This document shows positions 9,304-17,755 of a stretch of 64,000 bases of DNA, piece by piece (position 1 is the first letter of the stretch; each line of letters begins with the position of its first letter). Source of the stretch: Patescibacteria group bacterium (GTDB taxonomy: Bacteria; Patescibacteriota; Minisyncoccia; 2-02-FULL-40-12; GWA2-44-9); the NCBI GenBank assembly GCA_038065515.1, contig JBBTQV010000016.1:5462-69461 (forward strand). Direction: 5' to 3'. The notes beneath the pieces were generated by a model. The model was not told the origin of the DNA, made no database searches, and was given only the letters and a program-made list of their open reading frames with translations. The position numbers and the translations under genes are program-made.

Positions 9304-9377
9304 TGGCTGCGGGACCTGGATTCGAACCAAGATATTCACCTCCAGAGGGTGACGGCCTACCGTTAGCCGATCCCGCA
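9304..9377 (-). tRNA. tRNA-Gln(CTG)
   Basis: TGCGGGA...TCACC-CT-CTG-GA-GGTGA...GGTTCGAATCC..TCCCGCAGCCA cloverleaf with encoded CCA. Confidence 0.92.
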
Positions 9378-9441
9378 AAATGCGCAGAAATCATACAACA
9401 AAAAAGACCAGTTTGCAATGGCCAAAAGCAACTCGCTGAAA

Positions 9442-10353
9442 TTATACTCTCAAAAAACGGCGGATGGCGATGAGGGACGAAACTACGCCAAGGCCGATAC
9501 CGGCCGCCAGCGTCATGAGCACGATTTGGATGCCATTGCCGACAAAATATCCGATGAGCGAAACGCCCGGCATAACCAACGCGACTTTCGAGGAAACACC
9601 TGCGGCGCCGAAGTAAAACACGACCAAAGCCAGTACGCCCGCAAAGATGCCGTACAGCGACCCCTCCACCAGATACGGCGAGCGGATGTACCAATTCGAA
9701 CCTCCGACCAGCCGCATAATTTCGATTTCCGACTTCTGGTTGTAGATGGTCAGGCGGATGGTGTTAAACGCGACGAGCACCGCAATGACCGCCAAAATGA
9801 GCGTGACGATGAGCCCCCACTGCTGTGCGGATTGCGAAATGTTCTGCACGCGACCGATGACCGCCTCGTTCTCGTAGTAGTTTATTTTATCGATGGTCGT
9901 GCGCTGTTTGTGCGTCTCCAAAAAACTGACGATAGACGCGTATTGCCCCGTGTCGGTAGCTTTTACATTCAGCGATGCCTGCAACGGATTTGTTTCCAGC
10001 TCGGCAAGTGATTCCTGAATCAGCGCATCCTGTGCGTGCCGTTCTTTGAACTGCGCCAACGCTTCCTCACGGCTGACATATTGCACGCTTTTTACGGTAT
10101 TGAGTGACTCCAAATCAGTCTTCACCGTGCGGATGGCATCATCGCTTGCTTCGGCCTTAAAATAGACGCTCACATCCACTTTGGATTCAAGCGATGTCAC
10201 CATTACGCCTCCCAGAAAATTCACGGCGACCAGACCCAAAAACAGAATGAGCACCAGCGCCATAACTCCGGTGGTGCCGAAGCTGACATAGCTGTTGCGG
10301 CGGAAATTCGTCCATCCCGAGGTGACGACGCGGCGTAATTTTTCTTTCAACAT
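9442..10353 (-). CDS. ftsX: Cell division permease FtsX
   Basis: Motifs NPLQAS, NTIRLTI..QK.EIEIMRLVG and PYLVEG; 4 TM helices; follows ftsE. Confidence 0.92.
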   Translation of the reverse strand: MLKEKLRRVVTSGWTNFRRNSYVSFGTTGVMALVLILFLGLVAVNFLGGVMVTSLESKVDVSVYFKAEASDDAIRTVKTDLESLNTVKSVQYVSREEALAQFKERHAQDALIQESLAELETNPLQASLNVKATDTGQYASIVSFLETHKQRTTIDKINYYENEAVIGRVQNISQSAQQWGLIVTLILAVIAVLVAFNTIRLTIYNQKSEIEIMRLVGGSNWYIRSPYLVEGSLYGIFAGVLALVVFYFGAAGVSSKVALVMPGVSLIGYFVGNGIQIVLMTLAAGIGLGVVSSLIAIRRFLRV

Positions 10354-10356
10354 ATG

Positions 10357-11040
10357 TTAGATGATATATTTTCCGTTCTCCACCTGGTCGCGGACAATCT
10401 TCCCCTTCTCCATCGTCACAACTCTGCGGCTTAGGGAATCGACAATCTCGCGGTTGTGCGTGACCAGCACGACCGTCGTACCCAGTTCGTTGATTTTCTG
10501 CAGCAATTGTATCACATCGTGACTGTTCACTAGGTCGAGGTTGCCGGTAGGTTCATCGGCCAGAATGATGCGCGGACGGTGAATGAGCGCGCGGGCGATG
10601 GCCAGGCGTTGTTTCTCGCCGCCGGAGAGCTGGTGCGGAAAATTAGCAGCCTTGTCCGCCAGTCCGACGATTTCCAACGCCTTTGGAACATCTTCTTTAA
10701 TACGGCTGGTCGGAGCCCCCACGACTTCCAGTGCGAATGAGACATTTTCAAACGCGTTCTTTGCCGTCAGAAGCTTGAAATCCTGAAAAATAGTGCCGAT
10801 TTTCCGACGCAGAAGCGGAATGTCATCGTTGGACAGCGCGGCGAGATTGACTCCGTCGATGAGCACCTCTCCCGATGTCGGTTTCTGCTCGCGGGTCAGC
10901 ACGCGTAACAGCGTGCTCTTACCGGCGCCTGCCGGTCCCACGATGGAAACAAACTCCCCTTTTTCAATATGCAAATCAATTTCGTGCAAAGCTACGAAAT
11001 GGTCATCGTATACGCTGGAAATTTGTTTGAGCTCTATCAT
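10357..11040 (-). CDS. ftsE: Cell division ATP-binding protein FtsE
   Basis: Walker [32 protein letters not shown] and ADEPTGNLD. Confidence 0.92.
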   Translation of the reverse strand: MIELKQISSVYDDHFVALHEIDLHIEKGEFVSIVGPAGAGKSTLLRVLTREQKPTSGEVLIDGVNLAALSNDDIPLLRRKIGTIFQDFKLLTAKNAFENVSFALEVVGAPTSRIKEDVPKALEIVGLADKAANFPHQLSGGEKQRLAIARALIHRPRIILADEPTGNLDLVNSHDVIQLLQKINELGTTVVLVTHNREIVDSLSRRVVTMEKGKIVRDQVENGKYII

Positions 11041-11765
11041 GAAAGAATGAATTTCGAAAGGTCGCCTTCGAGCACTTTCTCGGGCTGGGATGATTTCACG
11101 CCGGTGCGGTGATCTTTCACCATCTGGTACGGATGTAGCACATAACTGCGGATCTGACTCCCCCAGTCCACTGACCCTGATTTCAGTTCCGGTTTGAGCT
11201 GGCTCAACTCGGATACTTTTGACTGCTCCATGAGCACCGCCAACCGTGAGGTCAGAAGTGTCAACGCCTTTTCTTTGTTCTGCGCCTGACTCCGTTCGGT
11301 CTGCCCGACGACGGTGAGCCCGGTCGGTTTATGACGGACACGAACCGCCGTTTCCACCTTGTTCACATTCTGACCGCCCTTGCCCCCGGAGCGAAAAGTC
11401 TCGTACTCCAGATCCTGGGGATTCAACGCGAAATCCTTCGCAAGAACAATCGGCATGATCTGCACCAGCGCAAACGATGTATGCCGGAGTCCTTTTGCGG
11501 AGAACGGACTCATACGCACGAGCCGGTGCACGCCACCCTCCCCCTTCAGTGTATCATACACCGCCGGTCCGACCACTTCATACGATGCACTCTTGATGCC
11601 TTTCTGTTCCCCGAGCGATTCGTCGAGCATCGTGAATTTCCAACCGCGGGAAGCGGCGTACCGCTGATACATGCGCGCCAACATGGACGCCCAATCCTGG
11701 GCATCCACCCCCCCGGCTCCCGCGAACACGGAGAGCACGGCCTTATTTGGTTCATAGGTAAACAC
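11037..11765 (-). CDS. prfB: Peptide chain release factor 2, lacking the N-terminal domain 1
   Basis: Motifs GAGG.DAQDWA.ML, SPF, RHTSF, GGQ and [17 protein letters not shown]; only 242 aa. Confidence 0.85.
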   Translation of the reverse strand: MFTYEPNKAVLSVFAGAGGVDAQDWASMLARMYQRYAASRGWKFTMLDESLGEQKGIKSASYEVVGPAVYDTLKGEGGVHRLVRMSPFSAKGLRHTSFALVQIMPIVLAKDFALNPQDLEYETFRSGGKGGQNVNKVETAVRVRHKPTGLTVVGQTERSQAQNKEKALTLLTSRLAVLMEQSKVSELSQLKPELKSGSVDWGSQIRSYVLHPYQMVKDHRTGVKSSQPEKVLEGDLSKFILS

Positions 11766-11816
11766 GCCTCTGCATCGTACAAAAAATGAGCTCTTCTGTA
11801 CAGAAACAGACCATCG

Positions 11817-12953
11817 CTAACCAAAGGTAAAGGTAAACGCTTCAAGTCCTGGCTTCAGAATTCTGAATTCAATGATATGGGCTTCTGATCGATCGCCTTG
11901 AATGATTTTGTAGAGGCGCGCTTCTTTAATTTTCACAAATGTTTTTCCATCAGAATTTTTGACGATATCCGCTCCCGCTTCGGAGCCAAGGGGCTCTCCA
12001 TCGCGAAGAACCTCAACGACTATTTCGTTGTCTGCTTGAGAAACAAAGAAGACATCTTTTGCGTTGTATTTGTATACAATGCCGGCATTCGGTGAGCCAT
12101 TTTGAGCGGATTCATTTGCAATATTCCAATCACCGGAAAGATACAAAGTATCGGGATTGATTTTGGCGGGGGCGATGAGACTCTTCTGATCTCCGACGAC
12201 ACCGCGTGTCCCATTTCCAAAAAATTGATTGCGGGTAGCGCCAAAATATGTTTCAGGACTTTTGGGGCCGCCCTGAACGGGGATCTCTTTTGTTATCGCT
12301 TTGTCAATCGTCCCATCTTCGCCGAGAATAGCCATCCGCTCTCCCAACGCTTCTTGAATCTTTTGCTCCGTTTCCTCGTATTGCCCTTCTCCGATGTGGT
12401 CATAGACGACATAGCCGTCGATATCAATGAGGTATTTCCTTGGCCAATATTGATTCTTATATGCGGTCCAGGTCGAATAATCGTTATCGAGTACGACCGG
12501 AAACTTGATGCCAAATTTTTCTACCGCCGCTTTGACATTATTGTAATCTTTTTCAAATCCAAATTCCGGAGTATGGATACCGATGATAACGAAACCCTTG
12601 TCTTTATATTTTTCATACCACGCGTTCAGATAAGGCGTTGTTCGCTGGCAGTTGATACAGCTGTATGTCCAGAAATCAATGAGGATAACTTTTTTCCCGA
12701 TAAGACTATTGATGGCGATTGCCTTCCCGTCCGTATTTATATAGCCATCGGGAGTAGTGATTTCTTTGGCTAACTCATAGCGTTTTGATTTCTCTTCTTT
12801 TTTCGTCCCGCTTTGCTCGGAAGACATTCTCGGAACAACCGATATGGCCTCGTCCGATCCTTTTTTGCTTACGCTATTCGCATTGATAAAATCAATCACC
12901 CCCGCAATAACAATGATAGTCGCAATGAGAATGTATGGTTTTGAGACTTTCAT
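11817..12953 (-). CDS. Membrane-anchored TlpA/DipZ-like thioredoxin (redoxin)
   Basis: Motifs DFWTYSCINC, GIHTPEF, YWPRKYLID, GEG.YE and SPETY (DipZ C-terminal architecture). Confidence 0.88.
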   Translation of the reverse strand: MKVSKPYILIATIIVIAGVIDFINANSVSKKGSDEAISVVPRMSSEQSGTKKEEKSKRYELAKEITTPDGYINTDGKAIAINSLIGKKVILIDFWTYSCINCQRTTPYLNAWYEKYKDKGFVIIGIHTPEFGFEKDYNNVKAAVEKFGIKFPVVLDNDYSTWTAYKNQYWPRKYLIDIDGYVVYDHIGEGQYEETEQKIQEALGERMAILGEDGTIDKAITKEIPVQGGPKSPETYFGATRNQFFGNGTRGVVGDQKSLIAPAKINPDTLYLSGDWNIANESAQNGSPNAGIVYKYNAKDVFFVSQADNEIVVEVLRDGEPLGSEAGADIVKNSDGKTFVKIKEARLYKIIQGDRSEAHIIEFRILKPGLEAFTFTFG

Positions 12954-13661
12954 TTATTTGAGGAGTATGTCGTTGAGAAATCCAACATTGGCAATCAGGG
13001 ACAGTTTTTGAGTAAATATGAGAACACCGAGAGCGAGGAGGACGACTCCGAAAACGAAATTGAGATACTTGAGTCCCGTCGCATGACGATTGATAAAGTC
13101 TGCGGCCTGACCTGTAAAGGCTCCCACAGCGAGGAATGGGATGCCCAGCCCCAACGCATAAGTAAGAAGGAGAATGAATGCCGAACCGGGTTGCGTTGCC
13201 GCAAGGCCGAGGATAACCCCTAATGCCGGGCCGACGCACGGCGTCCAACCGACGGCAAATGCCAAACCAAAGAGAAAGGAGGTGGCGTATCGGGATTTGA
13301 ATATTGTCTTTACCCCGAATTTATATTCCTTTTCCAAAAAAGGAATTTTGATGAGTCTCACCAAATAGAGACCGAAGAAGATAATCATCACTCCCCCCAT
13401 ACGAGAGAGCCATGCTTGCACATCATACGCAATCCCCTCAAGGAGCGTGTTCAGAAGCACCCCGAGTAGGGCAAAGACGACACCAAAACCGAGAACAAAG
13501 AACGCGCTGTTGATGAATATCTCTTTGCGCTTCGAACCCGTTTCGGTAGTACTTGCTCCCGCAAGATAAGCGAGAAAACCGGGAATGATGGGGAGAACAC
13601 AGGGCGCAAGAAATGAAACAAGTCCTCCTAAAAATGCACCAACAACAAGGCTTTCTGTCAT
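12954..13661 (-). CDS. ccdA: Cytochrome c biogenesis / thiol-disulfide transporter CcdA
   Basis: SFLAPCVLP.IP and GWTPCVGP motifs; 6 TM helices. Confidence 0.9.
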   Translation of the reverse strand: MTESLVVGAFLGGLVSFLAPCVLPIIPGFLAYLAGASTTETGSKRKEIFINSAFFVLGFGVVFALLGVLLNTLLEGIAYDVQAWLSRMGGVMIIFFGLYLVRLIKIPFLEKEYKFGVKTIFKSRYATSFLFGLAFAVGWTPCVGPALGVILGLAATQPGSAFILLLTYALGLGIPFLAVGAFTGQAADFINRHATGLKYLNFVFGVVLLALGVLIFTQKLSLIANVGFLNDILLK

Positions 13662-13664
13662 ATA

Positions 13665-14618
13665 TTATTGGGCCAAAGCCTTGTTAATCTCCATGTCATA
13701 GCGCTTGTCATCCCATCCTTCAGGTGACTTGAGAATCCTTTGGCCGTTCTTCACGAACACTTTCGTGTGTTGATAGGCCACGCCAAATTCCCTAGCCAAG
13801 TTTTTTTCGTCGACATCGGTTTGATCGTCGTTATAATTCACGCGGAAACCGATTGCTTTGTCCGTGGTCAGCTCCTTAAATACATTCTGCAGTATCGGAA
13901 ATTCGGCCCTGCAGACCGGACACCAGTTTGCATAAAAGTACAGGACAACGAGCTTGTCCGTCTTTAATGCCGCATCATAGTCGGCTTTGGCAAAATCAAG
14001 AAGCGGGGCGGTCTCGCCGGCCAAAACTGTTCCCGTATATTTTGCCATCATGGCTCCGTCTTCCTTTTTCTCCATCATCAAAGCACCCAATGTATCCCTT
14101 GACAGATCGCCACAAGATACGAATGTCTTTATTTCATCTTTTGATTTATGCGCCATCACCGCAAGAGGCAGTTTGCTGTTCAGTGTCTCTAGTGATACAT
14201 CGAGGATGGTTTCCGCTTTTCCGTTCAGCACCGCGCTTAACGGATATCCTATTGCGCCCGGGGTCGAGCATGAGCCCAAGTGGATGTGTGACGGCTGTGG
14301 AATGCCGACGGCGCCGGAAGAAATTTCAACTACCACCTTCGTCTTCCCATTCATGTCGCTTAGCGTCGCCTTACCCGTCTGACCGGAAGCGTTCAGCGCG
14401 TTCATTGCTACCACCGCGCCCTTCTTCTCCATCGCTTTCGTCGCTACCGCATCATCTTTTTTCATAGCATCTTCTGCGGGCTTACCCATTGCCTCTTCTT
14501 TGACCGGGGGCTCTTGTCGCGTTGCATAATAAGCGATCCCGCCAATTGCCACGACCACCGCGACGATTGCCATAGCGAAAGGCATCGCGAAACCTTTTTG
14601 TGAATAATTGTTTATCAT
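13665..14618 (-). CDS. Surface thioredoxin-domain protein with a pilin-like N-terminus and Met/Lys-rich linkers
   Basis: QKGF plus a hydrophobic helix, a middle domain with QPSHIH.GSC, and C-terminal YFYANWCPVC. Confidence 0.75.
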   Translation of the reverse strand: MINNYSQKGFAMPFAMAIVAVVVAIGGIAYYATRQEPPVKEEAMGKPAEDAMKKDDAVATKAMEKKGAVVAMNALNASGQTGKATLSDMNGKTKVVVEISSGAVGIPQPSHIHLGSCSTPGAIGYPLSAVLNGKAETILDVSLETLNSKLPLAVMAHKSKDEIKTFVSCGDLSRDTLGALMMEKKEDGAMMAKYTGTVLAGETAPLLDFAKADYDAALKTDKLVVLYFYANWCPVCRAEFPILQNVFKELTTDKAIGFRVNYNDDQTDVDEKNLAREFGVAYQHTKVFVKNGQRILKSPEGWDDKRYDMEINKALAQ

Positions 14619-14691
14619 GTTTTACATCCTACGCCCACGCAAAATCAATGTCAAGTCACCTTTACATACTAATTGTGGATAACTCTCGCGC

Positions 14692-14787
14692 TTACTCTTT
14701 CTTTCTCAGTTCCCAATACACGGAATTAACATAATTTCCTCGCACCACGCGATACAGTCCCAGCGAAAGCGCTTCGTCTTTTTTCAT
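14692..14787 (-). pseudogene. Probable msrB remnant (internal deletion)
   Basis: 31-aa ORF MKKDEALSLGLYRVVRGNYVNSVYWELRKKE directly after msrA. It resembles the MsrB N-terminus (L....Y.V.R) fused to the MsrB C-terminal (C)INS motif. Confidence 0.45.
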
Positions 14788-14801
14788 ATCATCATCCGTG
14801 A

Positions 14802-15350
14802 TTATTTTTCGTTATCCTTTAGTAGTTTGGCAAACTCTTCCTTGACCTTCTGAAGTTTTGGATTAATAACGAGTTCGCAATAGGGTTGTGTCGGATTTTT
14901 CCGATAATAGTCGCGATGAGATTCTTCGGCGACATAAAATGTATCCAGCGGTTTTAATTCTGTCACCACCGGATTGCCTTCGCTGTGCGAAGCATTTATT
15001 TCCTTGATGAAGCGCTCCGCTTCGTTTTTTTGCGATTCGGTCGTATAAAGAATTATCGAACGATACTGCGTTCCGACATCCGATCCCTGCCGGTTTGGTG
15101 TTGTCGGGTCATGGCTCGCGAAGTATACCGTAAGCAAATCCCTGAATGAAATCTGTTGCGGGTCATACTCCACACGCGTCACTTCTGCATGGCCCGTCGT
15201 CCCACTGACGACTTCCTCGTAGATGGGATTCGATTTTGTCCCTCCGGCGTATCCAGGCGAGACCGCTATCACACCTTTCAATATGCTGAAAGTTGCTTCG
15301 GTGCACCAAAAACAACCCCCTCCGAATGCTATCACTTCAATTTTTCCCAT
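14802..15350 (-). CDS. msrA: Peptide methionine sulfoxide reductase MsrA
   Basis: Motifs GGGCFWC, GYAGG, TGHAEV, HDPTT.NRQG.DVGTQYRS and AEE.H.DYY. Confidence 0.95.
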   Translation of the reverse strand: MGKIEVIAFGGGCFWCTEATFSILKGVIAVSPGYAGGTKSNPIYEEVVSGTTGHAEVTRVEYDPQQISFRDLLTVYFASHDPTTPNRQGSDVGTQYRSIILYTTESQKNEAERFIKEINASHSEGNPVVTELKPLDTFYVAEESHRDYYRKNPTQPYCELVINPKLQKVKEEFAKLLKDNEK

Positions 15351-15354
15351 ATGT

Positions 15355-15720
15355 TTAATACTTAATCCGGCCGTATATACGCCCGATAATTTTTGCCAAA
15401 ATCATCGCACCAAGGGTACATACCATCCAAAAATCAAGTTCGTGCTTGAAGCTTTGGACAACAATGCCGATCACCAAAAGAGCTGCGCCAACAAGAAAAG
15501 CAATTCGACCCGCTATCATCTTATGAAGGCCCTCTCGTTCATCTCTGGAGTTTTCTTTCCAAACAAAGCTTGCGAACACGACAAACACAACAACGAGACC
15601 AAGCACCATCATCATGAAGAGCGCGCTCGGCATCCAAAATGCGAATGGGTCTAAAAATAATACAAGCAGAACAATAAGAACTAGGGAGGTAGCGATTTCT
15701 TAAAAAAAATTATTTTTCAT
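15355..15720 (-). pseudogene. Membrane protein gene with an in-frame TAA at codon 7
   Basis: ATG 15720 reads MKNNFF*EIATSLVLIVLLVLFLDPFAFW and continues in frame into ORF 15355..15633 (DERE motif, multiple TM helices). Confidence 0.6.
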
Positions 15721-15922
15721 ATTTAAGGTAAAACACTTCTTCGAGTGGCCTCTTAAATAGCGCGGCAATTTTCAGAGCTAATATCACCGAAGGCGCATAA
15801 TTTCCTTTTTCGATTGCGATAATAGTCTGGCGAGTGACGCCAACCGCATCCGCCAACGCCTCCTGCGTAATGCCGGATTTTATTCGCAATTCGTAAACTT
15901 GATTCGTGATGAATTCTTTCAT
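15710..15922 (-). CDS. XRE-family HTH transcriptional regulator
   Basis: [30 protein letters not shown] pattern. Confidence 0.92.
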   Translation of the reverse strand: MKEFITNQVYELRIKSGITQEALADAVGVTRQTIIAIEKGNYAPSVILALKIAALFKRPLEEVFYLKYEK

Positions 15923-16020
15923 GCATACGCCTGATAGACTGCAGTATAAGAATTAAATGTCGAGGTGTCAAATATCCTTTACATTACCGCAGCCCCGCTC
16001 ATACGAGGTTGCGTCTTCAT

Positions 16021-16049
16021 GAGCCACCTCCCAGATTTGCACTGGGGAC
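16021..16049 (-). other. tRNA 3'-half remnant (att-like scar)
   Basis: Minus strand GTCCCCAG-TGCAAAT-CTGGG-AGGTGGCT gives a T-arm plus acceptor 3' strand, with no matching 5' half. Confidence 0.5.
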
Positions 16050-16067
16050 AGATATTTACCTACTGGG

Positions 16068-16139
16068 AGCCGACCCCGGGACTTGAACCCGGAACCCTTC
16101 GCTTACGATGCGAATGCTCTACCATTGAGCTAGGTCGGC
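16068..16139 (-). tRNA. tRNA-Thr(CGT)
   Basis: GCCGACC TAGCTCAATGGTAGAGC, TTCGC-AT-CGT-AA-GCGAA, GGTTCAAGTCC, GGTCGGCT. Confidence 0.92.
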
Positions 16140-16143
16140 ATCT

Positions 16144-16587
16144 CTATGCCTTCATTGCGCGAGCCTCTTTGGCCCTCTTGCTCAACACACGAATCCTTTG
16201 ACTATTGCCGCGATTTAATCCCGCATATGTTGGGGTCAGTGCGTCACAATTCGGACACAGCAGTCGCAGATTACCCTCAACATTATTACGCCAGTTCCCG
16301 TCAATATGATCCGCAACTACTGGAACGACACCCGCGCTAGGATTTATCTCAGACCACCCACACAAGCAACACCGGTTGTTATATTTTTCTCGCAAGTATT
16401 TTTTGACATATCTCGAAACTAAACCCAACGACATGAGACCACTTTCTTCGCCATCTCTCCACCTTTGGATATACGAACGGTACTGATGTTCTGCTTGGCA
16501 AGCATTACTACAATATTTGCCATCCGCTTCTCTCACTTCTTTAGAACAAACAGGACAGTGTGCACGAGGCTTCTTTGGGTACGACAT
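16144..16587 (-). CDS. HNH endonuclease (free-standing, between tRNAs)
   Basis: CPVC..YCSNAC zinc motif, C..CGW, and DHIDGNWRNN...NLRLLCPNC. Confidence 0.85.
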   Translation of the reverse strand: MSYPKKPRAHCPVCSKEVREADGKYCSNACQAEHQYRSYIQRWRDGEESGLMSLGLVSRYVKKYLREKYNNRCCLCGWSEINPSAGVVPVVADHIDGNWRNNVEGNLRLLCPNCDALTPTYAGLNRGNSQRIRVLSKRAKEARAMKA

Positions 16588-16664
16588 ATCCCATCATACC
16601 AACCCGGTAACCATTGTACAGCCAGACAGTGGTACCTAGCATGCATAACGATTTACCATCGAAG

Positions 16665-16735
16665 AGCGGATGACGGGAATCGAACCCGTGTCTCAACCTT
16701 GGGAAGGTCGCGTTCTACCATTGAACCACACCCGC
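16665..16735 (-). tRNA. tRNA-Gly(CCC)
   Basis: GCGGGTG..., CGACC-TT-CCC-AA-GGTTG, GGTTCGATTCC, CATCCGCT. Confidence 0.92.
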
Positions 16736-16740
16736 AGACC

Positions 16741-17109
16741 CTATTTCCCCCGCACCCAATCGAGCCATTTGCGCCAGCTGGCCCGAGCGTCCCCTTCAGA
16801 CGCTTGCGGCTTGACTATTGTACCAGCTTTTTCGGATTTGTACACGAATACGACCGTTTCACCAGGCAGTTTGTAGTTCAGGCGTTGGCGAGCAAGTAAT
16901 GCCAGCCATTGGGGTTGTTGCATGCGCTGAACTTCCGATGCGAGGCGCGCATTCTCTTTCTGTGCATCTTCAATGCGTGCTTCCAATGCGCTCAATTGGG
17001 ATGCCGCACTGTACCGACGGATGCCGGCCGACACCACCAGCACCGCAAGCCACAGCATGAATGCCGTCAGCGCTACCGTCGTCAGTTTTGAGCGGAAAAG
17101 TGAGTGCAT
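16741..17109 (-). CDS. Septum formation initiator (FtsB/DivIC family)
   Basis: TM helix plus coiled coil, then ARQRLNYKLPGE.V. Confidence 0.8.
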   Translation of the reverse strand: MHSLFRSKLTTVALTAFMLWLAVLVVSAGIRRYSAASQLSALEARIEDAQKENARLASEVQRMQQPQWLALLARQRLNYKLPGETVVFVYKSEKAGTIVKPQASEGDARASWRKWLDWVRGK

Positions 17110-17257
17110 ACAATTGTCAGGATGCGTTTTCCGCGTTACAGTGAGATTCTATGGCACTGGAAAAACGAACAATGAGAATCCTGACTATCGGAGTCGCAGT
17201 CGTCACCATTCTCGGGATGATTGCGTTCTTGCTCATCCCATTATTTGTGTAGAGCCT

Positions 17258-17743
17258 CTATTGCACAACAATGGTACCGCGCATGGTCGGATGTATATTG
17301 CAGCGGTACTCGTATGTGCCGGGAGCCATATTTGCCGTTTCAAGATCCCACGATGCATTTTGTGGCATTGAACCGCTTTCGAATTTTCCCGTCAGCGATG
17401 TCACGGTATGGTTTGAGGAGTCGAGGTTCGTAAACTGGATCAGATCCCCTTTCTTGACCGTAAGAGTCGTCGGAACGAACGCAAAATTCTGGATGACAAC
17501 TGTGTAAAATTTCACTTCGTTTACAATAAGCCCCGGCGTCGGTGAAGCCGAAACGGGCGTTCCCAGCGGCGTGCGGGAAGGAGTCGGACTGGGAGTTGCG
17601 CTAGGCGCCGGAGAGACTGAACCCACTGCCGATGGTGTCGGCGACACATCTGCGGGAGCATTCGCTCTCTGCTTGCCCCGGTAATACCAAGCTCCTGCGC
17701 TAATAATTGCAGCTACCGCGATAAAAATGAGTAATTTTTTCAT
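17258..17743 (-). CDS. Membrane-anchored cupredoxin (plastocyanin/azurin family)
   Basis: TM helix, Pro/Ser/Thr linker, and type-1 Cu ligands in HTVT ... YRCNIHPTM. Confidence 0.85.
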   Translation of the reverse strand: MKKLLIFIAVAAIISAGAWYYRGKQRANAPADVSPTPSAVGSVSPAPSATPSPTPSRTPLGTPVSASPTPGLIVNEVKFYTVVIQNFAFVPTTLTVKKGDLIQFTNLDSSNHTVTSLTGKFESGSMPQNASWDLETANMAPGTYEYRCNIHPTMRGTIVVQ

Positions 17744-17755
17744 GCCGTTATTGTA

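Noticed and set aside
8966-9694. 242-aa ORF as a full gene
   Set aside because: Its 5' half overlaps ftsX and tRNA-Gln. Only the part downstream of the tRNA looks coding.
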